A stretch of DNA of 63,599 nucleotides, the filler included, from Octopus bimaculoides (taxonomy: Eukaryota): NCBI RefSeq assembly GCF_001194135.2. It is 6 parts of 6 records of this genome, joined end to end, with 100 filler letters (N's around TTAATTAATTAA, not from the genome) between each part and the next. Parts side by side here need not be neighbours in the genome. Positions count along the whole stretch, not along the records: positions 61,213 to 63,599 come from NC_069003.1; 5 more parts are not named here. One strand, given 5' to 3'. Shown here piece by piece: positions 62,040-63,599 of this stretch. Both the position numbers and the translations under genes were made by a program. Numbering within the stretch: position 1 is the stretch's first letter; each line of letters starts with the position of its first letter. Under the pieces are notes generated by a model. That model saw nothing but the letters and a program-made list of their open reading frames with translations. It ran no database searches and was not told where the DNA came from.

Positions 62040-62258
62040 GTAATCAACACACACGTACAAGCAAAAATACACACATACATAAACACGTATATGTGTGTAT
62101 GTACATATATATTATATATATATGTATGTGTATATATATATATGTATGTATATATATATATATATATATACATATATATATACACATGTATATACATATT
62201 TATATTTATATACATATACATACATATATATGAGTGTATATATGTATATATATGTATG

Positions 62259-62309
<51 letters not shown>

Positions 62310-62920
62310 NNNNNNNNNNNNNNNNNNNNNNNNNNNNNNNNNNNNNNNNNNNNNNNNNNNNNNNNNNNNNNNNNNNNNNNNNNNNNNNNNNNNNNNNNNN
62401 NNNNNNNNNNNNNNNNNNNNNNNNNNNNNNNNNNNNNNNNNNNNNNNNNNNNNNNNNNNNNNNNNNNNNNNNNNNNNNNNNNNNNNNNNNNNNNNNNNNN
62501 NNNNNNNNNNNNNNNNNNNNNNNNNNNCACACATATATGCTCTCTCGCTCACTCTCTCACATACATACATACATACATACATACATACATACATACATAC
62601 ATACACACATACATACATACATATATACATGCATACATACATATAAGTAAATATGCTGTTGCGCATATACACACAGACACATATATACAATGCACCTACA
62701 CAGATACATACAAAGGCAGAGGTATAAACACATCTCAAAATGCTCAGACGCACACGCACAAATACAACACACACACAAACACAACACCCCACACACACAC
62801 ACCGACACGCACACACATACTCACTCACACAACATACACGTGCACATACACACATGTGTACATACATACATGCATATATGATATAATAGAAATATTAACA
62901 AGTACATACAGATATACACA
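62040..62920. repeat. Compound (TA)n/(TACA)n/(CA)n microsatellite zone with gap
   Basis: Direct reading. Confidence 0.95.
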
Positions 62921-63436
62921 GATTTTGTATATGAACAAAGACAGTTCGCTTACGATTATACAATGTGTATAAATAAGTTTAATTACCTTAAGACTTTGCC
63001 AGCTAAAGCCTAATAGATTTATTCTGCCGTATATCATGGGATCAAACACAAACAGTGCCAACGCATCAGTAATTTCTATATCGAACCATATACAAAAATG
63101 CATCATTTATGCTAATCGGTGTATGCTGTTTTATCTGGTCACTAATGATATAACTATATATTTATTGCTGCTGTTGATAGTTAGAGAAGGATACTCGGTT
63201 GCTGAAAAGATCACTAGCCTGATTGCTACAGAGAACACACCAACCTAACACAGACAATACCCGACTAAATACTAGAGAAGACCAGCCTAACACAGACAAT
63301 ACTAGCCCGACTCCTACTTCTCTGTCCACGTGTTGACAGATTATATCGACAAGCTTATTCTGGAGTATATCGCAGCATGTTATCTAGTTACGTATTTTCA
63401 TATAGATCTACACATACGTATAGACACGTAGAATAC

Positions 63437-63513
<77 letters not shown>
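63437..63513 (+). repeat. (CA)n microsatellite
   Basis: Direct reading. Confidence 0.97.
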
Positions 63514-63515
<2 letters not shown>

Positions 63516-63599
63516 GTGTGTTTGTATACGTATGTGTGTATGTGTACATCATAGCTGAGTGGTAAAATTTGCTTCCCAACCACATGGTTCCAGGTACAG

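Noticed and set aside
61982-62972. Long YI/HT/CV-repeat ORFs here and at 3530, 7898, 10756, 27484, 42596, 43691, 48290, 56815 and 58763
   Set aside because: Translations of (TA)n, (CA)n, (TAA)n microsatellites and N runs.
63180-63340. Possible terminal exon with a 17-bp direct repeat (cctaacacagacaatac twice)
   Set aside because: In-frame stops, weak acceptor, no recognisable product.

Overview
Animal genomic DNA, AT-rich and dominated by repeats. The SINE/LINE families and microsatellite style look like a coleoid cephalopod, most likely Octopus; this is recognition from memory, not a database search. The window is not one contiguous locus. Five identical 100-bp spacers (44 N + TTAATTAATTAA + 44 N) split it into six pieces: 1-5202, 5303-34540, 34641-42547, 42648-52063, 52164-61112 and 61213-63599. 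I find no intact host protein-coding gene, rRNA, true tRNA or CRISPR array. Nearly all ORF-track entries are microsatellite, N-gap or transposon artefacts. Content: a 42-bp SINE-derived satellite abutting (CCCTAA)n; a CR1-type LINE; a Penelope-like element (RT plus GIY-YIG); a full-length mariner with TIRs and a second mariner fragment; an approximately 10-kb 83/47-bp satellite interrupted by an RTE LINE and by a TIR DNA transposon; RTE fragments with a PHD-like finger; a CsRn1-type Gypsy relic; two solo LTRs; MITEs; CRE, R4/Dong and Tx1-like LINE fragments; dozens of SINEs from at least four families; and a few weak orphan exon candidates. The two most notable observations are: (1) an ISL2EU/PIF-Harbinger-like TIR element in the satellite (26829-28740) carrying convergent SAP-domain and THAP-domain ORFs and an inverted 15-bp subterminal motif; the THAP domain is largely missed by the ORF track; and (2) a tRNA-headed SINE whose body holds a degenerate Penelope-type hammerhead ribozyme fold (46686-46935).
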